From assembly GCA_951406725.2 (NCBI GenBank), contig OX597815.1, positions 28,520,001 to 28,584,000 on the forward strand: a stretch of 64,000 nt of DNA. Reading direction: 5' to 3'. Position 1 is the first letter of the stretch; the number at the start of each line of letters is the position of its first letter. The position numbers and the translations under genes are program-made. Positions 58,627-64,000 of this stretch are shown piece by piece. Source of the DNA: Octopus vulgaris. Taxonomy: Eukaryota. Under the pieces are notes generated by a model, which saw only the letters and a list, made by a program, of their open reading frames with translations, made no database searches and was not told where the DNA came from.

Positions 58627-59085
58627 TCTTTACTCTTTTACTTGTTTCAGTCATTTTGACTGCAGCCATGCTGGAGCACTGCCTTTAGTCGAGCAAATCG
58701 ACCCTGGGACTTATTCTTTGTAAGCCCTGTACTTATTCTATCAGTCTCTTTTGCTGAACCGCTAAGTGACGGGGACGTAAACACACCAGCATAGGTTGTC
58801 AAGCAATGCTAGTGGGACAAACACAGACACACAAACACACATATACATATATATACTTTTTTTTCTTTACTACCCACAAGGGGCTAAACATAGAGGGGAC
58901 AAACAAGGACAGACAAAGAGATTAATTCGATTACATCGACCCCAGTGCGAAACTGGTACTTTATTTATCGACCCCAAAAGGCTGAAAGGCAAAGTCGACC
59001 TTGGCGGAATTTTAACTCAGAACATAACGACAGACGAAATCCCGCTAAGCATTTCGCCCGGTGCACTAACGTTTCTGCCAACTTG

Positions 59086-59088
<3 letters not shown>
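58625..59088 (-). mobile_element. SINE family 2 3' half (58625-58850) next to SINE family 1 (58863-59088)
   Basis: Similarity to other copies in the window. Confidence 0.8.
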
Positions 59089-59135
<47 letters not shown>

Positions 59136-59139
59136 TCCA

Positions 59140-60022
59140 AGTTTCAGCTCAGAGCTGCGGCCATGCTGATGCACCGCCGTTTTGTGCTACACTGTTATTA
59201 CGACGAACCTCATCTAATATGTGGCACTTGGTGAAGAATGGAGTTTGATATAGCTACTCTTATTTGCACCTCTTGCCGTGAGGTAGGTTCATCTGGGACT
59301 CTTGACAGAAAGATGTCCAGCTTTGATTTAAAAACCGCTACATCTACTTTGTGAAAGTTCCTCAGACTCTTTGGGAGAATATTAAAAAGCTGTGGGCCCT
59401 TGAAACCCAGGCTGTTGCAGAAGCTGGTCCTGAAGCGTGATGGCATTGCTGGGATCTTTGGCACTATGCAGTGTCGTCCCTTTCTAGCATTGGTGTAGCT
59501 TACAATGCCAAAATTTGGCACAATTCCTTCCAGGATCTTCCAGACATATATTACTGCATACTTCTCCCGTCTTCTCTCCAGGGAGTAGAGTCATAGCTGT
59601 TTCAACCTTTCTCAGTTGCTGAGCTGTTGCAAAGAGATGATCTTCTTTGTGAATCTTCTCTGGATTGCTTCAAGGTCCACTGTTAATTTTACACATGTGG
59701 GTGACCATAGCTGTGAGCAGTAATCCAGGTGACTGAGGATGAATGTCCGCCAGAGGACCATAATGGTTTCCTTATCTCTGGTTCTGAATGTTCTTAGGAT
59801 CCACCCAGCCAGTCGTCTGCACTTTGTCGCCATCCTGGTAATGTGCACTTGGAAAGAGGTATCATCACTCATGTCGATACCCAGGTCCCTCACAGACTTA
59901 GGCTCTGGGATTGAAATTCCCTGTGGACCGGTGTATCCTGTAAGTTTAATATTCAGTTTTGGATGCTGGTAGCGCAGGGCCTGGAATTTTTCTGCATTAA
60001 ACTGCATATTATTATCCTGCAT
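59140..60022 (-). mobile_element. CR1/L2-group LINE 3' fragment
   Basis: MQFNAEK, VRDLGI, HLDYCSQLWSP, LEAIQRRFTK, GPQLFNILP and FKSKLD motifs. Confidence 0.88.
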
Positions 60023-60024
60023 AT

Positions 60025-60108
<84 letters not shown>

Positions 60109-60111
<3 letters not shown>

Positions 60112-61308
60112 TATTATAAAAGGCAGATTTTATCTGCCTCCCTTTGTCACTTATAGAAATCTACAATATAGGATTTCTTCAATTACAATTTACCTAGCAT
60201 TTTTAAGAGTAGAATGCATCGGGTCATGCCAGGTCCAGTTTTTAAAATTTAAACTCCAATTAAGCAAAATTTACAGAAAACTCACATTCTGGTGTGTATG
60301 TCAAATGCTTTTCTTAGTCTGGTTTACAGCACATGCAAACGCACACACACAGTGTGCAACGAATAAAGTGAAACTAGATGTAATATTTGTTTCTGTCTAT
60401 CACGCTGATAGATACATGAGTAAAATGTATGGCAAGCTAAGAGATAAGAGTGAGTGAAAATGTTCTTGGAAGAGAGTAAATAGCGACAGATTGATTTGAG
60501 GAAGACTAAACTGAAAGTATGAAACAGTGTTTATGTATAAACAGACGACACTTATATATAGTTATTAATAAATGTATGCATCCGTTTAACACTTTCATTA
60601 CCAAACCGCCCGAATTTACCTATTCATATTTAAATGAGAATATCAGAGTAAATCTCTTTAGTACATTCGTGGAAACACGTATTATACTTCGTAAACACTT
60701 CAAATACAGTTTTGTACAAAAATCGAAGTGTAATTTTAATTCCGTGAATTATGGGAGATTTTTTTCCGAAATTTGTTCCTATTGTGTTTTCAAAATTTGT
60801 AATTCTGACAAAAAATGGATACGAATTTCATTATATCAAGCAGCGAGTCAGAATTCGAAGGATTTTCTACTGAAGACGTTCATAAATCTAACTCTATGAC
60901 TGAAAAAAAAAGCATCTTTATATAAGAGTGAAGTTGTGTGTCTGTCTCCTACGATTTAGATTCGTAACTACTCCCACATTTTGCGGTGCAGTTTAACCAA
61001 AAGCAGGTATCTTATAGTCGTGATTCATATCGAGCCCTTCTGGGTATTAGCGCGCGTCTACGATGAGTCTACGATTTAAAAAAAATTTACCATCATATTT
61101 TTCCATTTTAATGCATTTTTTCGCTTTTATATAAGGGAAGTAACTCTCTAAAAATATCTACGATGTGTCAACGATTTTAAAAAAAAATTTACCTTAATTT
61201 TTTTTCAATTTTTAATGCATTTTTTTGCTATTTTTTGGCTATAACTCTCTAAAAATGCTTATATAGTTATTTCCCTTACAACCCGAGCAACGCCGGGCGA
61301 TACTGCTA

Positions 61309-61309
<1 letters not shown>
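60109..61309 (+). mobile_element. Composite non-autonomous Helitron
   Basis: a|TC start, second TC-type start near 60915, 3' hairpin cccgagcaacgccggg then CTAG|t. Confidence 0.75.
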
Positions 61310-61355
<46 letters not shown>

Positions 61356-61457
61356 ATCCAAACAAGAAAACACAAAAAAACAAAAAAACACAGCAACGCG
61401 AGGACGTGGAACAAATAAAGTATTATTGGACGCTCAGGAAGGAAGGGAAGAAGGAGG

Positions 61458-61492
61458 GTTTAACGTTTCGAGCGGAGCTCTTCGTCAGAAAC
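61458..61492 (-). ncRNA. Minimal hammerhead motif in a ~200-bp dispersed repeat; related copies ~52716-52749 and ~8090-8125
   Basis: Minus strand gttt CTGACGA a gagc tcc gctc GAAA cgt TA aac. Confidence 0.6.
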
Positions 61493-61559
61493 ATAGGAGA
61501 AGGAAAGATCCCGAGAAGGGAAGACAGAGGAAAAAAATCGGCAGCGGTACTCACGAGGT

Positions 61560-61611
<52 letters not shown>

Positions 61612-61730
61612 CACACACTTGTATACATGTTAAATTCTAAAGTGTCTTTAAACTGTGCAATTTGAAACAATGAAATATATTGACTATGTTTACACAAGTG
61701 ACTTTCTTTTTATTTTTATTATATTCATAG

Positions 61731-61787
61731 GTACAAAGTGTTCCAATTTTTGAGTCACCCACAAAGGAGATGAAAGATGCTTCTACG
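61731..61787 (+). CDS. Micro-exon B3, 57 nt: VQSVPIFESPTKEMKDAST
   Basis: atattcatag / gtattc. Confidence 0.75.
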
Positions 61788-61859
61788 GTATTCATATATT
61801 TTAAATGTATTGACTTTTTAGACTAGGAAGCAAATACATGCATATATATATATGTATGC

Positions 61860-61893
<34 letters not shown>

Positions 61894-61934
61894 GTGTATA
61901 TATATATATAGATATATGTATGTATATATGTGTG

Positions 61935-61992
<58 letters not shown>

Positions 61993-62015
61993 TTACAACA
62001 TGCTTTCATTAAGGG

Positions 62016-62180
62016 CAGGGCGGTGGGGGTGTTACTGATGCATTTAGCCCCAGGCGATCATCAACGTCACCAGATAGGCTGACACCATCACGGTGTCCTC
62101 TGATGGTGATGGTGTCAGCCTATCTGGTGACGTTGATGATCGCCTGGGGCTAAATGCATCAGTAACACGCCCACCGCCTG
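62016..62180. repeat. GC-rich palindrome, ~75-bp arms
   Basis: gtgttactgatgcatttagccccaggcgatcatcaacgtcaccagataggctgacaccatcac followed by its exact reverse complement. Confidence 0.92.
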
Positions 62181-62588
62181 AATATTTGTTGAATAAAGAA
62201 CTCAACATATATGTAGAGCCTATCATCTATCACATGCATCATCTGTGTTGATAAGAATATTGGATGTATAACTGCTGGTTATAATGTACTTTCAATTCTA
62301 TCTTGATCACACCATTTTTGTCCATCTTTGCTGAAATTATTTTACTTACTTGTCTTTCTCGGTATAAGTTCATCTATTATCTGTGACCCTTGTGACATGT
62401 CTGGACCAGCAAAACGTTTACTTCCAGTATTTTACAATCATGTCATGCACTCATTTATACGTAAAATAATTATTGAAAATATCATTGAAGTGTCTCCAAG
62501 TGTTCAGCTCATTGAAACTGGTAAATGGGCAGGCATACCACATGCATTTGACAGGAATGAGAGGGATAACTACAAGGAAAATAATGAT

Positions 62589-62753
62589 AGGCGCAGGAGT
62601 GGCTGTGTGGTAAGTAGCTTGTTTACCAACCACATGGTTCCGGGTTCAGTCCCACTGCGTGGCACCTTGAGCAAGTGTCTTCTACTATAGCCTCGGGCCG
62701 ACCAAAGCCTTGTGAGTGGATTTGGTAGATGGAAACTGAAAGGAAGCCCGTCG

Positions 62754-62802
<49 letters not shown>

Positions 62803-63035
62803 GTATATATATATGTGCGTGTATGTATGTGTGTCTGTGTTAGTCCCCCTAGCATTGCTTGACAATCGATGCTGGTGTGTTTATGTCCCCGTCACCTAGC
62901 GGTTTGGCAAAAGAGACCGATAGAATAAGTGCTGGGCTTACAAAGAATAAGTCCCAGGATCGAGTTGCTCGATTAAAGGCAGTGCTCCAGCATAGCCGCA
63001 GTCAAATGACTGAAACAAGTAAAAAAAAAAAAAAA
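62589..63035 (+). mobile_element. SINE family 2
   Basis: Near identical to other copies. Confidence 0.88.
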
Positions 63036-64000
63036 GAATAGTAATGATGGACAGAGCTCAGTATTTCATTTGGGAAGTGCATGGGAGATGAGTTAATAGA
63101 TGTAGACCTTGTGAAACTGGAGACAGAGTAATTACTGGGAATTTGGAAGGTGGTTTCATTGATCTGAATGCAGTAAATTCACATGAGTTTAGAGACGCAG
63201 TAAATTTACAGGAGTGTAACTAAAAGCGACTGCAACATTACCTTGATACAGAGAAGGACAGAGACATACATTTAGGCACAAATCTATACAAATACTTCTT
63301 TGCACACATGCATGCATACACACACACAAATATAGGTGCTGTATGTCCAAATGGTGAAGTTCACTTTGCAAGCATGAAATCTCAGATTCAATCCTTCTCA
63401 TATAGTATTTTGAACAAATGTTATTTTCTATAGCCTTGGGCCCACTGAAAACAGCATGGAAACCTTTTGGATGTATTGTAAGTGTAATTCAAAGGTACAG
63501 CCTTGTTGTACACTGTCATACTGATTCTGCTTTGGGAATATGTTACGGGCACATGTGCCTATGGAATACTCAGCCACTTTGTCATGATGTGGATATTCTT
63601 GTTGCCACTTTTATAACATGAACTTATAACAGGCTATGATACAATACCATGGAAGGGGGCATATACCAACTGTCTCCACTTGTTGTATTCCCAAATACTC
63701 TGCCAACAACTGTAACCAATCCAAAACAACTCTCAATGAACTATAGCAACTTCTCAACAGACTCCACAAACTTATGAATGACACCTTTCGACTTTCTTTC
63801 AATTTTTCATCTCCCAGTCAAAACAAGCTGCTACTTATACGAGTTTGGCTAGTCCATTCTCAGAGGGGGTGTCATGATCTCGCCATAACACACTTATATG
63901 CTACATTGATAAGCAGATAATTCAGTGAATTGAACAACTGAAACATCATATATAGGTACAGGCAGTATTCCAAATTCAGTCCCACTGCATGGTACCTTAG

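Noticed and set aside
63050-63940. Possible coding relic near the window end
   Set aside because: No recognisable motif or sustained frame; cannot be supported without a search

Overview
AT-rich, microsatellite-dense animal DNA; the SINE, RTE, Penelope and Helitron content suggests an octopus genome (inference). The window lies inside one + strand gene whose start and end fall outside it. Six ordinary exons (154-18370) encode a predicted coiled-coil segment. About 17 tandemly duplicated phase-0 micro-exons follow: family A (mostly 48 nt, one per ~0.7-kb duplicated intron-exon unit, 19964-31620), two diverged copies (36345, 43479) and family B (57 nt; 49707, 56772, 61731). The exons are far more diverged between copies than their intron flanks, almost all at amino-acid-changing sites, yet every length variant keeps the frame. 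One copy is split by an insertion and one appears rescued by a new acceptor. Introns hold SINEs, decayed RTE/CR1/Dong-R4 LINEs, Penelope-like relics with minimal hammerhead motifs and fold-backs, Tc1/mariner, hAT and piggyBac MITEs and Helitrons. Most ORFs in the supplied track are microsatellite or TE artefacts. Exon calls and counts were made by eye without RNA evidence; TE boundaries are approximate.
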